From positions 8,340,483-8,404,482 of the forward strand of contig SMSO01000032.1 in assembly GCA_004764695.1 (NCBI GenBank): a stretch of 64,000 nt of DNA, in the 5' to 3' direction. Below the pieces are notes generated by a model. That model was not told the origin of the DNA, did no database searches, and saw nothing but the letters and a program-made list of their open reading frames with translations. Both the position numbers and the translations under genes were made by a program. Positions 11,026 to 23,145 of the stretch are shown here, piece after piece. This DNA comes from Schizochytrium sp. TIO01. Lineage: Eukaryota; Protista; Bigyra: Labyrinthulomycetes. Numbering within the stretch: position 1 is the first letter of the stretch; every line of letters starts with the position of its first letter.

Positions 11026-12876
11026 ATGGGCAAGCCAGCGAATAAGAAGGGTGCTTCTGGCGCTGCTGCAACGCATGATGTAGACGAAGCAGAGCTCATC
11101 GCAAAAGTAGAGAGAGAAACGATAAGGATTCATGCTGAAGAGCTATTTTTTGAGGCTCTACATAAAGCAGATGAAGAATTGTACGAACAATACTTGGATT
11201 CACGGGAGGTACCCTTCACTGTCGAGACGGCCTTGTTAGAGTTGACGGCGATGCTCAAAGTTGCTTTTTTGCGTCCAGATGTCGGTGAAGGCAACTACCC
11301 ACACGGAAGTTGGTTCATTGGAGCAGAACTCCCCCCTGGGCCAGCGCAGATTGATACCTGGGCCCGAGGTGCCATTCCTAAGAAAAAGCGTGTTCGAAAC
11401 CTCAAATCGCGCGACGGAGCTCTGGACTCACGTGATAGCGCATCAGTCCACCCCAGCGAGACAGGACGTTCAAGAACTCGATCTGTTACTAGCAAAATGC
11501 GGAGACAGAGAGAGAGCATCTCTGGAGATAGTAAATCGCGGAAGAAACGTGGCGAGCTCCCAGATTATCTTGTGCCTCTTGATGATGATCTCTCGGTATC
11601 GACCGATGCAGAAAGTCGTGAAGCTAGGCGCCAGAGTAATCAACGGCGCTCAAGCTTATTGTCAACCCCAACTAACTCTGCTCTTTTGGGAGAAATGGAG
11701 GCAAAGAAAGCGGCAGCTGAAGCAGATCGAAAACGAAGACAAGATGAGGAAAAAGCGGAAGACGAGAGAGCGGCACAGCTGGCTAAAGATCTCCGAGATA
11801 AGACATTTGTTTTGGGTAATGACGGGGAAATCATTGTAGTTAACCAAGTTGCAGGCGACAAACTCCCTCGAACTAATTACACAATGACCCATAGCATATC
11901 TTCGGATCAGCTGGAAGAAATTCAAAAGCAGGCTGTGGTTGAGGATCTCAGGCGAGAAACCGCTCACCAAGAAGCTTTGCATAGAGCAGCAGAGAAGGCT
12001 GCGGCCGAAGCTGAGGCCAGTAAATCTTCTGCGCACAATCAGTTCTATCGCAGTTCAGCAAGTTTCCAGCAACGAATCCTGAAAAACCCAGCCCTTGACG
12101 TGCAAGCTGGTGTGACAATTCGTGAGGATGGCAGTGGCGTGAGTGGTCCGGTATGGGAGGGCTCTGAGCGCCAAATGTCGCGCACTACTTTCCAGCAGCA
12201 CCAATCCATGCTTGAATCTCAGCTTGGCATTATGGACACTGGAATTCCAGAAGAAATGGCCTCAGACACTGCAAATGCTAACATGGAGGACCACGCGGCG
12301 CCTGTCCCGGTACAGCAGGTTGGTAAAGGGTCGACCATACGAAAGCATAGCAGTAAGTTTGATTCAGACTTAGGGGATGAGGATAAGCCCAACCAAGGAG
12401 ATGCTCGCAGCGACGAGCCACGGAATTCAGGACAGGTGTCCCCGAGTGCACGTGATGGGGAAGATGATGAAGAAATTGATAGTATGCTAGAAGACCCAAA
12501 TCTTTCTCTCATGCAACAATCAACGTGGGGTCAAAACCGTGAACCAAAAGAATTTGTCCCTCCTGTACTTCGCAGCCCAACACGAACCGATCCACACTTA
12601 AACATGGGCTCACCACAGCTTGTATTAATGAACTCACCTAAGCGAAAGCCACGTGACCGCGTCGCATATGAAACAAATAGCATCCAGGCGAACAGGCTTC
12701 CGCCGCCCTTTAACTCGTCACCGCGGACGGTAGAGAAAGAAGTGCAAGCAGCAGCGTCTCTTTCCACATCACAGTCCGGATATGTTCGGAATTTTGAAAC
12801 AGTGACAGACCGTGGACTCATTCGTGTAGAAACGGATCGAGCCTTCCGAATGCTAGGTCTGGCGCCACAGCCGTAA
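11026..12876 (+). CDS. C2orf81/DUF4639-like protein
   Basis: ATG at 11026 (MGKPANKK). The block LYEQYLDSREVPFTV..AFLRPDVGEG..W....P.PAQIDTWARGAIP resembles the conserved N-terminal block of C2orf81-type proteins (recognised from memory); the remainder is low complexity. Confidence 0.7.
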   Translation: MGKPANKKGASGAAATHDVDEAELIAKVERETIRIHAEELFFEALHKADEELYEQYLDSREVPFTVETALLELTAMLKVAFLRPDVGEGNYPHGSWFIGAELPPGPAQIDTWARGAIPKKKRVRNLKSRDGALDSRDSASVHPSETGRSRTRSVTSKMRRQRESISGDSKSRKKRGELPDYLVPLDDDLSVSTDAESREARRQSNQRRSSLLSTPTNSALLGEMEAKKAAAEADRKRRQDEEKAEDERAAQLAKDLRDKTFVLGNDGEIIVVNQVAGDKLPRTNYTMTHSISSDQLEEIQKQAVVEDLRRETAHQEALHRAAEKAAAEAEASKSSAHNQFYRSSASFQQRILKNPALDVQAGVTIREDGSGVSGPVWEGSERQMSRTTFQQHQSMLESQLGIMDTGIPEEMASDTANANMEDHAAPVPVQQVGKGSTIRKHSSKFDSDLGDEDKPNQGDARSDEPRNSGQVSPSARDGEDDEEIDSMLEDPNLSLMQQSTWGQNREPKEFVPPVLRSPTRTDPHLNMGSPQLVLMNSPKRKPRDRVAYETNSIQANRLPPPFNSSPRTVEKEVQAAASLSTSQSGYVRNFETVTDRGLIRVETDRAFRMLGLAPQP

Positions 12877-13171
12877 ATATATTTCTATAATGTTTTTTCT
12901 AGTACCACGGCAACGTTAACGATGCTGATCTGCTGTTAGTTAATAAAGTAGGGTTGTCCAAGTGAATATTTCCTCATATTTTCCGTTTTTGTGTATTTAT
13001 GTTATATCTAAGATACGAGAAATTGTATAGCACTCGCCATTTACTAAGAAATTGAAAGGCTAGATCCCCATTGTATCTAGCGCCAGGAGCCTTGTAAAGA
13101 TTCCGTATGTTCCCGAAAGTTGGTTACGTGCAGCTAGATAGAAAATCGTTTATTCAGAAAAGAGTAGAAAA

Positions 13172-14869
13172 TTAGACAGAAGGTTCATCACCAATTGCAG
13201 CAGAGGCAAAGTCAATAACTTGTTCAGCTCCATGCTGCATGTCCGCGGATGATGTCCACAGATTATAGGCCTCTTCTAATGACTTGTAGGAAGCCAAAAT
13301 GACCAAGATCACACTAAGAACGAGCAGAATTCCATGGAGGATGCGGGAGCGCGAGGAAATCTTGTTGCCGTAGAGCTTGAGGTAAAATAAGAGAGGGAAG
13401 ATGAGCACAAGGAAGCCTGCGCAGAGAGAACCAATAAGAGATTGGAAGAGGCCAAAGTAGGGCAGGAAGATAGCCATAATCACAGTGAGGATGACAAGAC
13501 CGATACGAATGAGAGCTGAGTGACCATTGGCACGCTGCACAAGTTCCACTGCAACCGGCTCAAGGGGAAGAGCATAAGTGAGCCACTTCTTCAACGTGAC
13601 AGCGAGAGTGATGACTGTCTTGAGCCATGGGATTGGCAAGTTAAGAGTAATCTGATCACTGGTATTTTGTGCAAAAAGGTAGTATCCAGTGGCTCCTACA
13701 AGAAACTTCAGCACGTATCCAGTAGCGTAGACCTTGTCGAAAAGGGCGCCAGCGTCGCTTGGGGTGCGCATGTCGCGGTAGATGGTAAGCAGGGTACCGT
13801 GCATGGCGAACGCAAAGATCATGTTGCCAGCAGCCTGAACCTGAAAGCTGGCCCATTGATACTCATTGTGCTCGAGAGTTTCGGGCGCAGTGGAGATGGC
13901 AGCATAAAGTACGGCAAGAACGAGGATAAGCATGATATAGGATCCGATAGCACTCAGAAATGTAAGTTTCTGTAGCTTGAGCAGCACTGTGGGCAGAAGG
14001 GAAGCTGCCGAGACGATGATCCACATGGTCGGCGAGAGCACTCCCGGGAACATTTCTGCCATATTAGTGGCAATAAAGACGAGGAAGAGTGCGCTGCTAG
14101 CTACGAGGTCCACGTAGAGTACGTAGTTTACAAACGTGCGTCCATGAGGTCCAAAGGCTGCGTCTCCAATGTCCGAGTACGTGTTGAGCACTGTAACAGA
14201 GCCACGACCGGCCTCGTGCTCAGGAACGTAATCAATACACGTGCATAAGAGCTTGGCAGTGTATGAGCTGAGCCAGGCAAGAAGACCAAGCAGTACCAGC
14301 CCAAACCATCCCAGCTCCTTGAGTACATATGGAATTGTCAAGGTGCCAAGGCCAAGCACAAGAGTCATGCAATGCCAGAAGGCCTGCTGCGTCGTGAGCA
14401 TGTCTCCGTAGCTAAATTTGCGAGGCCGATTGGGCTTGGCCTTATTGCCCTTGGGCCACAGACCTTCATCGGAAATCTCAGAAGTCATTGTCGAAGACAC
14501 AGGTGTCGTGGAAGAGGTCTTTGACAGTACGACGGAGTTGTCGTCGATTGAGTGATGATGTTGATGTTGCGGCATCTCGTCCTCTTCGGTCTTTGCTTTG
14601 GAGAAGAAGCTGCGAGGGAGGATTCCAGAAAGCATAGAGGCTACAGCGCCACCGGGGCTGGGCTTAAGGTCCATAAGGGGCGGCTTGGAGGCAGCCTGGG
14701 AGGCCTGAGATGAAACGTTACCAGAAGAGGTCATGGAGGCACTTGGGGCCTCATGATGGTGGTGGTGGTGGTGGAGTCCAGCCTGCAGAAGAGGAGCCTG
14801 CTGGGAGGAAGAAGAAGAGGCAGACGTTGATGCGGGGGATCCCGCGGAGCCCACGAGACGCTGCCACAT
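13172..14869 (-). CDS. Amino-acid transporter, AAAP/Aa_trans family (AVT1/SLC32-like)
   Basis: QAFWHCMTLVLGLGTLTIPY, GWFGLVLL, TYSDIGDAAFG, IFAFAMHG, PYFGLFQSLIGS, LIFPLLFYLK; about 10-11 hydrophobic segments; long N-tail with His8. Confidence 0.92.
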   Translation of the reverse strand: MWQRLVGSAGSPASTSASSSSSQQAPLLQAGLHHHHHHHEAPSASMTSSGNVSSQASQAASKPPLMDLKPSPGGAVASMLSGILPRSFFSKAKTEEDEMPQHQHHHSIDDNSVVLSKTSSTTPVSSTMTSEISDEGLWPKGNKAKPNRPRKFSYGDMLTTQQAFWHCMTLVLGLGTLTIPYVLKELGWFGLVLLGLLAWLSSYTAKLLCTCIDYVPEHEAGRGSVTVLNTYSDIGDAAFGPHGRTFVNYVLYVDLVASSALFLVFIATNMAEMFPGVLSPTMWIIVSAASLLPTVLLKLQKLTFLSAIGSYIMLILVLAVLYAAISTAPETLEHNEYQWASFQVQAAGNMIFAFAMHGTLLTIYRDMRTPSDAGALFDKVYATGYVLKFLVGATGYYLFAQNTSDQITLNLPIPWLKTVITLAVTLKKWLTYALPLEPVAVELVQRANGHSALIRIGLVILTVIMAIFLPYFGLFQSLIGSLCAGFLVLIFPLLFYLKLYGNKISSRSRILHGILLVLSVILVILASYKSLEEAYNLWTSSADMQHGAEQVIDFASAAIGDEPSV

Positions 14870-16826
14870 CCTGCTGCCTTGCGGGCGGTCTTGCGGCTTT
14901 GCCAGAAGAGATTTACTACGAGTCCGTCCAAATTATGTAAACTAAAAAGAGAGACGGAGTTCCACAAGAACTTATTATATAGGCCTACAACTTTTATCAT
15001 GAAAATTTGACTGCTTAGCCTACTAATAAGTAGGTACCTACGTACCATGAGACTCTACAGCGGAGTACACGCGCTCATTTACAGACCATGCAAAGGTGGC
15101 CACAAACTTCGAATTAAAGAAATACTTGGAGTCTTGAAGCTCGAATTGCAATCATCTGTATGGCTTCGTTCATTACACGAGGTCTCGATAAAAACAATAA
15201 AAAAAGAAAAATGTTAAAAACACAATTTGAAAAAAATACATTTGATGATCGGTTATGTTGAGAGAGAAGATAAATATGTCATAGAGGGTTTAATACGAAT
15301 ATTATGTGAGAAGCCGACGACGATGAACTGTGACAGTAACCGAGTGCTTCTATAGAGATATTGTTGAAAAGGCCCGAGAGACGACCCCAAGCAATCAATC
15401 AATTTCAAATGAGAGATAGATTTGTTGCTCAGGGAGCTTGGGCTTTGTGACAGAGGTTATATTGTCGCCAGAATCCATTTTGATCAAGACATTTTATGTT
15501 TTCTTTTCTTTCTTTCAGAAAATGATTTAAGTTGGAGCAAGGTAAGGCTTTATCACTCGTTTAATTAAAAATTGAAAAAATCCATTGGCAAAAGACTCAG
15601 TCTGAAGAAGTAAACGATGTTGTCCAAGAGCACCGTACAATCGAAGAGATGGATGACTTGAGCAAAAGGCGCGGGGGGTTATGCGGGAAGCTGTGAGAAG
15701 CTACTTTGTTTCTGAAAAAGTAGGGAAATGCAAATAGTAACCTAGCTCTCCAGTAATCTAAATTTCGACAAATGTTATACTGTGATGTCTGCTTGCCAGA
15801 CCAGTGAAGGAACATGTGTTTCTTAGCATGGGTACATACTTGGTTTGCAGATGGCGATATTTAGGAATGTGATGTGAAGGCCTGCCGCTTGGAGATGATA
15901 ATGCTAATGCATGAAGATGATCACCCACTTGTATTGATAATCCTGCGAGACAATAATTCACTTCGAGTGAAAAGCACGCTCATTATCTAAATTCTATTGA
16001 TGATAGCACTTATTAAACTTCAGCGTCTTATTGATGTTGAGAATACTGAACCGGGTCTTACTAGAAGTTCGTGAGGCTTCATTCAAACTATTTCGTTAGT
16101 AACAAACGAGGAAACGAGTGGGTAAGAAGACGGTCGCGTTGGGCATGTATTGATGTTAGAGACAATCATAGATTGTGCGACAGCTTATGCTTAATTAAGG
16201 CAAAGGGATTAAATTAGTTGCATTCGATCAGGGGCAATTCTAAAGAACAGCATACCGAAGCATCCGAAGAAGACTAAATTCCCGCATACTACTACTCGGT
16301 ACAGGTGCTTGTGTCCAATCAAATTCAAAACTTAGAGCCAACGATGTACCATTTAGAAAGCCATGGTGATGTACACGCGAAACTCATACGTCAAATCTTC
16401 TTCAAGTTGAAAAAAAAAAAAAAAAAGAGAAAAAGAGCAATTTCACATCTTTAAACGAAGGAGTATGATTTTTAGAATATAAATTTGAAAGAGCAACCAT
16501 TTGAAACTTATTAAGCCAATTGGGCTAAATCTTGGAGAGCATAATCAACTTCTGCCTTTCCTCTCCTGTATTCTTTTTCCTGGTTAATATGTTATACATA
16601 CTATACCATCCACCTAGGTATCATTATGGTCACAGTTGCTTGTTAATTTATGGCCATGACTTAGTCTATAGCGGGTTTCCTTGCTTCTACCTAGAACTGT
16701 TTTGTAATAAGACGAACATGTTCTTTCTTGTTCAATTGTTTCCTAAATCAAACAATTTAGCTGTAGTAATCAAAATTGGATTTTTAGTAAAGAAAAATCA
16801 TATAAACTTGGCACGAGAGAAATGAA

Positions 16827-17885
16827 TTACGAAGATCGAAACCAAGAACTTGTGGCTGATTCAATAAACGTTTGGCTTGATTGTAAACTACGTTGAGACT
16901 GTTCGAGCTGTTTCCTTAGGTCATCGATAATAGTTCCGCTTGTAAAATTCTCAATCATAGCATCAAGCTCTTGCTGCATCCTCGAGGCTTTGATATTATT
17001 AGAATTGTCTTTCTCTGGTCGACGGGGACTGGTTGAAAAAGGCGAGCGTGAGTCCGCTTCAAATCTGAGGCTTCGTGTACTTGACTTCTTCATTTTTTTC
17101 ACTTTCTTCTTTCCTTTGCGGCGAGTCTGTGATGCCGCTCCTGTCGATGAAGATGAGAACGAAGAAGGGGTTCTTCGTTGAGCATTTGAAATATGACGTT
17201 GACTAATAATTGGTGCAAGTGTTGTTGTGCGTGCCTGGGTCCGAGGCTGTTGTTCTACTGTTTCAGATGCAATTAAATTAGCCCGTAAAGATTTCCGTTG
17301 CGTAAGAGTGACCATGGTTTCTAAATCCTGGGCATAGTCATGATTTCCATTTGTAAAGGAAGCAGTGTTGATCATATATGTTGGCTTTTGACCGAATTTA
17401 AATGCTTCGGCTAATAATTGTGGATCAATATCTCCTACCTTACCTCCTTGAGGATTATTGTCCTTTGTTTGAGATGCAGGTAAATCTTTATTCAATAGAG
17501 AACTATGCTCTTGGAGATAACCATTCTGCACTTCGTCTCTCTTTATTTGAGCAATACCACTTTGAAAATCTCGGATTTGTTTCTGTTGATTACGAAGTTT
17601 GTCCATGCCTATGCTAGCTTGCCACGCCCCAGCATCAATTTGGGGTCCGGGAACCGCAAGAAAGTCATCCAAAGAACCACTACGTCGCAAATCTGGGGCC
17701 TGGACCACAGGTTTGCTTGTTTCTACCCTGGGCTCTTGTCGAAACTGATGGCGTCGAAAGTTAAAGGAACGGGCATCGTTTGAGTCTTCGTCTCTATCAT
17801 TTATTTGTGCCGGTCCAGATATCTTGCATCCTCGGGCATGCTGCTCGCGCGTGAGCAGCGCATCGCGACTTTGACCCCAAAACAT
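16827..17885 (-). CDS. Hypothetical protein with a C-terminal coiled-coil helix
   Basis: 352-aa ATG-initiated ORF; amphipathic C-terminus LDAMIENFTSGTIIDDLRKQLEQSQRSL. Confidence 0.65.
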   Translation of the reverse strand: MFWGQSRDALLTREQHARGCKISGPAQINDRDEDSNDARSFNFRRHQFRQEPRVETSKPVVQAPDLRRSGSLDDFLAVPGPQIDAGAWQASIGMDKLRNQQKQIRDFQSGIAQIKRDEVQNGYLQEHSSLLNKDLPASQTKDNNPQGGKVGDIDPQLLAEAFKFGQKPTYMINTASFTNGNHDYAQDLETMVTLTQRKSLRANLIASETVEQQPRTQARTTTLAPIISQRHISNAQRRTPSSFSSSSTGAASQTRRKGKKKVKKMKKSSTRSLRFEADSRSPFSTSPRRPEKDNSNNIKASRMQQELDAMIENFTSGTIIDDLRKQLEQSQRSLQSSQTFIESATSSWFRSS

Positions 17886-18390
17886 CTGTTTTGCTTCTTC
17901 CTGTTGCTTATGAAGAGGCTGTTTCTTTATGAATTGTTATCTGATGTTGACTTGAAGAAGATGCCAACGTTCGCATTTAGCAAGTGGACCTGTTATTCTT
18001 TGCTGTCACCAACCAAAGCTTAAACAAGCTAAGTACCAATCTTATCTGTGCTTACTCGAACAAGGAGATCCGTTTAAAGTACACACCTTTTAAATATCTA
18101 GGAAAATAGAATAGACAATTATATACTTTTAGACAAAAAGATCATATTTATAATATAACAACAGAAGGATGTATTCAAGCTTTTGAATTTACTGTTGCAA
18201 TTGTTTGTTCCTTAACCAAGGTACAAAGAGCTTGAATAGTGCCAAACCTAAATAAGGGGGGTTCTAGGAGTAGGTGCGCTCTTAGTATGTGACGTAGAAG
18301 ATCCCGAAGCAGAACTTGATTCGTCAAAACCAGGGCAAGGCATCTAGATAGCATCGCTGTACTTGATAGTTCTAAGACGCGTTGTTGAAT

Positions 18391-18885
18391 ATGTTCAAGC
18401 AAGCACAAGAGTCGCTTGTCTCGGCGGGGAACTCCGTTTCACAAGGAACAGGCCCAGCCATGGTGACTGCTACAGGTCATCGGTCCACGTTACATCATTC
18501 TAAGCAAAGCGTATCAACAAGTTTCTCTGTTGATCCTGCATTAGCTCAGATCTCCAGAGCACTTACAGAGACGTTGTCTGGCTGTGATCAAGGAATACAG
18601 TCGCTTCAGGAGCTTGCAAAACTCTGCCAAGAAAACTCAAACTATAAATCGATTGATTTTTCCAAACATGAAGAGACTCGAGGATTAGCATATCTACACC
18701 ATGGGAAGATGCTAGTGATGTACTTAATGTTCATTACACAAAATGACACAAATACTGCTCAGGTTCGATCGTCAGCTATATTACAAGCTCGGCAAAGCCT
18801 CAAACTAGCTTTAGAGTGTCTGCGCACAGAAAGTGAACGTGCAGAGGTCTATTCGTACTTAGAAAAGCTGGACACATTGGCTTAA
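18391..18885 (+). CDS. Hypothetical alpha-helical protein (TPR-like C-terminal helices)
   Basis: ATG at 18391, 164 aa; GLAYLHHGKMLV and ARQSLKLALECL resemble TPR helices. Confidence 0.6.
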   Translation: MFKQAQESLVSAGNSVSQGTGPAMVTATGHRSTLHHSKQSVSTSFSVDPALAQISRALTETLSGCDQGIQSLQELAKLCQENSNYKSIDFSKHEETRGLAYLHHGKMLVMYLMFITQNDTNTAQVRSSAILQARQSLKLALECLRTESERAEVYSYLEKLDTLA

Positions 18886-21565
18886 TAGAGATTAATTGTT
18901 GCCATTATCGAAAAATCATGGCCGAGTTGTAAAATTGACTATTATGCACGTGTCACGATTAGCTCAATGCATCACTTGCCAGTGGGTTAGGGAAGAATTC
19001 GAAGGCATCATGTGTTTGAATAACAAATTTATTACAATTACTACGAAGCCTTTGGGCTCTTTCTGAACTTGCTAGCCCAGGACATTATTATCTGACCAAT
19101 TATTCCTAGACCTAACCCCTGTCCAACACACTGACGCAACACCCTGCTCACAACCCTGGACACACCCTGGCCCAATAGGCTGTGGTGTCAATGCCTTGGC
19201 CAAGACTTATATAATCGATTCGGGTGAAGGATTATATTTACTCTGGCTAAAGGTTACTCTTAATACTTTGTCCCAGGCTTGCTTTTCGTGCATAACATTA
19301 CCTATCCTTTGAGGAGAAAAGTGGCCCAAGTGATTCTTGAACGCACTGGTGAATGACCAAACAGGCTTTTTTGTCCACTACCCAGGCTAACTTTATAGGA
19401 TTATGTCTTGATCGTGGCATAATGCCACGCGCACCGTACACCAATGGACGAAAGGTAGTCTGCAGGGAATCAAAATTGCTGGTTGTTGGCACGAACCATT
19501 CTATGGTCACATTCCTTTGTTGTCTCAGTACAGTGTGCTGTTTAGTATTATTATTATTTTTAAGTTTTTTTTAAGTTTTATAAGTCTCTCGGTTTGAGGT
19601 GCTGTTGAACGAGAGCCAGTTAGCTAGTGGTCTGAACAATATTTAAATCAGCACACATTCTATTGTTATTCCATAGCTCATAGCTAAGAGCTCCTGCAAT
19701 ATGTGGCGCTGAGTGACAACATGGCTTGTAAGAATGCAAGCAAACAGTTGTGCAAAGTAACGCAATTACCTTCACTCTCCCTAGCTGTCACATTCAAAGA
19801 AGCATATAAAGCTTGGGCTGGATGGGGAAGCTCAAGTACATGATTTCTAAGGTTATAGATTCCTACGGTGAAAATTGTGAAAACTGGTCGCATGAAGCAG
19901 AATCAGTTTCTTCTCTCGAAACGCGCGATGCATTAAAACCCGACCCCCCTGCAGCTCTTTAGTTTGCTCTTGGGACTAAGTGCTTTTCATTCCGAAACTC
20001 TAGGCATCAGATTACATTATGCTAAAACCTGAATAAAACGAATTATGGTCACTCAATCAAAGGTTTCAACCTTGATTCTCAGACTAGTGGAAGCGCTCGA
20101 GATTTCACCCTTTACATTAAACAGCTTCGTATATCACACTGCAATGGTTGGTATCAAAATTATCAAGACCTCTCGATTCATGCATTTGAAAATCTGGTGA
20201 AGAACAAGGCAAGAGGGAGATTTTAAGACGCGTAAAAATAATTCTTTAAATTAAAAAAAGTGGAGTTGGAAACAGAATATTTTGATGCGACTTACTGTTT
20301 ACCCTAGGCCTAACTCATGAGAATCTCCGCGCGGAGTATGTTGTGCTAGATTTTATGAAAAATACTCAAGACCTTGCTTTTTCTTGGACTGTAATGATTA
20401 GCCTGACTCGTTGCCTCAAAAAGGAGAAAATTATATAGAATTTTTAGTTTCAGAAAACGCATCATGATTTCAGAGAGACACAATTCACAGCTATGGGTTT
20501 TTGTAATTTCAAAATTTAATTTTGTGTTGTTTTTCTAATGCGATGGTGTTTTGTTTCCCCGCAGAGTATGTACGACAGTGCGGGAATGTGCTGCTCCAAA
20601 TATTGCGGATGACTTTTTCAGACTTACTGGTTCATGGTCTGCGTCTTGAACCTGTTTGACCGCGCTGAAGAACATGGCGGTTCGAGGAACGTTGTATTCA
20701 TGCCTTAAGCTTTCTTTCAATATCTCATATTGCTCAGCAGCAAAGCGTTCCTCTCGCCTATGCTTGATATACCTTAGATGGCTAACTTAAGCAATCACTC
20801 TGCGGTGCGTTGCGATATGAACAGTATCTCGTTCATAGTCTACTTGTACCTAGTTAGATATGCAACATTCTAATAACAAAATCCGTTGAAATGTGTAACG
20901 TGGCATGTAAGACAGTTGCAAATCCCCGTTCTGCATAAAGATTGAAGCTCCGTGGTCTCGAAGAGATCAAACGAGCTAAAGGGTTATGATGACCGTCTTT
21001 AAAATCTGGACTTTATTAAGCGAAAATGATGGGTCATTTTCTTTTTTTTTTTTATTAAATTTTAATCTATTATTGTAAGCGAAACAGGACATGATGAACG
21101 ATATAACTAGTGAAGGTACTGGTGAAAAATACAGGACAAATGAAACGCATGTTGCACCAACTGTGGATCACGGAAAAGCTAGTAGCTTTCACTGTCTTGG
21201 ACATAAACCAACAACTGTGAAATGATCAAAGGTCTTGACCCAGCAAAATCTCGATAATTAAGTGTTGCAAAGAAATAGTCTAAATTTGTAGAACTATAAA
21301 GTTAAAACCAAGTATTACTGAATTTAATTAAAAAAAACTTTTACTTTTTAGATGAACACTTATCTACATACAGCAAGTGATAAGTGTTAGTGCAAGGTAG
21401 GAAAATAGCTAAATATTTTGAAATGGATTGCAAGTGCATGCTTGTGACCTTTTTTACCAAATCAGTCTTGTGAAAGCTGAGGGTAACAGTAGCAACACTG
21501 TGCATTTCATATATTACCTATACCGCTGCAGCACCTCGAACTTCAAAGCTGGGACTAGAGTAACT

Positions 21566-21600
21566 AAAACCAAAACCAAAACCAAAACCAAAACCAAAAC
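21566..21600 (+). repeat. (AAAACC)n microsatellite upstream of the BLUF gene
   Basis: About 6 tandem hexamer units. Confidence 0.9.
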
Positions 21601-21756
21601 TTACAGCGTAGAACCGCCAACTTGCTGTCTTGAGTACGTTCATCAGCAGACCTCGGTTTTGCAAGCAACTAAATAGCGAAGAATCGGGCATTTTTTTTAA
21701 TTTAATATTTTTGCTGTCAGATAACCTATAGTTTACGACATTAACTCTGCCCAAAA

Positions 21757-22158
21757 ATGCCACTTACAAGACTAGCCTACATTTCAAAGCTTCGCATCAC
21801 CCCTGATTATGTAGGTTTTGAAGACGAGTTTGTGGAACGAATTCGCAAGCAATCTGAGTTTAACAACAGACGGAGAGAGATCTCTGGTGTCCTGTTATAC
21901 AACCATGATACCCAAGAAGTCGTGCAGGTGCTGGAAGGAGAGGAAGATGTAATTAAGGACCTTCTTGAAACAATCAAGCTTGATAACCGTCATCGCAACA
22001 TGCGTGTCATGAGCCAGATGGCCGTCACAGAACGCCAGTATTCTCACTGGGGCATGCTTCGTGGTGGTGGTAAGGCATGGAAGCTGGTAAAGATGCATCT
22101 TCCTGCGAGCTCAGATCCGGCCATTGTTGAGTCCTTTGATAATGCCTTTGATAAGTGA
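21757..22158 (+). CDS. Stand-alone BLUF-domain blue-light photoreceptor
   Basis: RLAYIS (Tyr), SEFNN, ISGVLLY, VQVLEG (Gln), IKLDNRH, RQYSHWGM (Trp/Met): BLUF signature residues in a 133-aa protein. Confidence 0.92.
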   Translation: MPLTRLAYISKLRITPDYVGFEDEFVERIRKQSEFNNRRREISGVLLYNHDTQEVVQVLEGEEDVIKDLLETIKLDNRHRNMRVMSQMAVTERQYSHWGMLRGGGKAWKLVKMHLPASSDPAIVESFDNAFDK

Positions 22159-23145
22159 ATTAGAATGGCTTAGCCTCCAGCATTCACTAAATGAACAAAA
22201 CTCTCTTGTGAAATTGACAGAGGCGTTAACCTCGCATATTCGGGAGATCACCACCTGCAATTTATTAGCATAAAATTATAAGTACATTCTTGTCACATGT
22301 TTAACGTGATGATTCGCAATAAACGTCAATGTAATGCTATTATAAAGCCACAACCTTTCCTTTGCGCAAATCACTATGATTTAAAGGATTTCCTCAACTT
22401 TTATTGAGTAAAAGATGTGTTTTATGTGAGTAAGTGCTCTAAGGGATTCATTCATGTGTGATGGATAGCCTTAACCCAGTCATAACTAGTATATAGACCT
22501 TAGGATCTTCAACTAGCTTCTTCAGCAGCATGCTGATTTTCTGCAGAATCATATGAGTTAGTAAATCATTTCTTTTGCAGATCAACATTTACTTGCAAAG
22601 TTTGTATGCAGAACTTCACAGTACGCTCTTGTGATGCCATTGATTTAGTACCACGAATCATACCTAAACTTTATAATTTGTGTAATCACGGATATTTAAC
22701 TCTAATGAATTACTGCAAAACGAGTTTACTCAGCTGGAATTTACTGGCAAGATAAAGGTAAGAGGCTTGAAGGGAAAGCTTGACGAGGCTTCAGAATGTA
22801 TTAACTCTGGGACTCTAATAGATAGCGATTTACTGTAGTTTGGATTCAAAGATGATCTATAGTGCACAAAATAGATGAAGTTACAAGTTCACTAATCTCT
22901 TGAACCACCAACTTCATTACATCCGATTGTGAGACCTCCATTACCTGGACATCACAACACAACATTTATCAAGCAAAACTGAGATACGCCAAGGGGCAGC
23001 ACTGCAAAACTAGTCTAGATCTTGAACGTGTATTGTTTGTTTTTTCTAGTGATGGCAGGGGGCATAATTCAACACGAGGCTATGTAAAAATGGGTATGGA
23101 AGTGAACAGTATCGTTTTAATGTTTGTTTTTTAAATTTTCTATAT

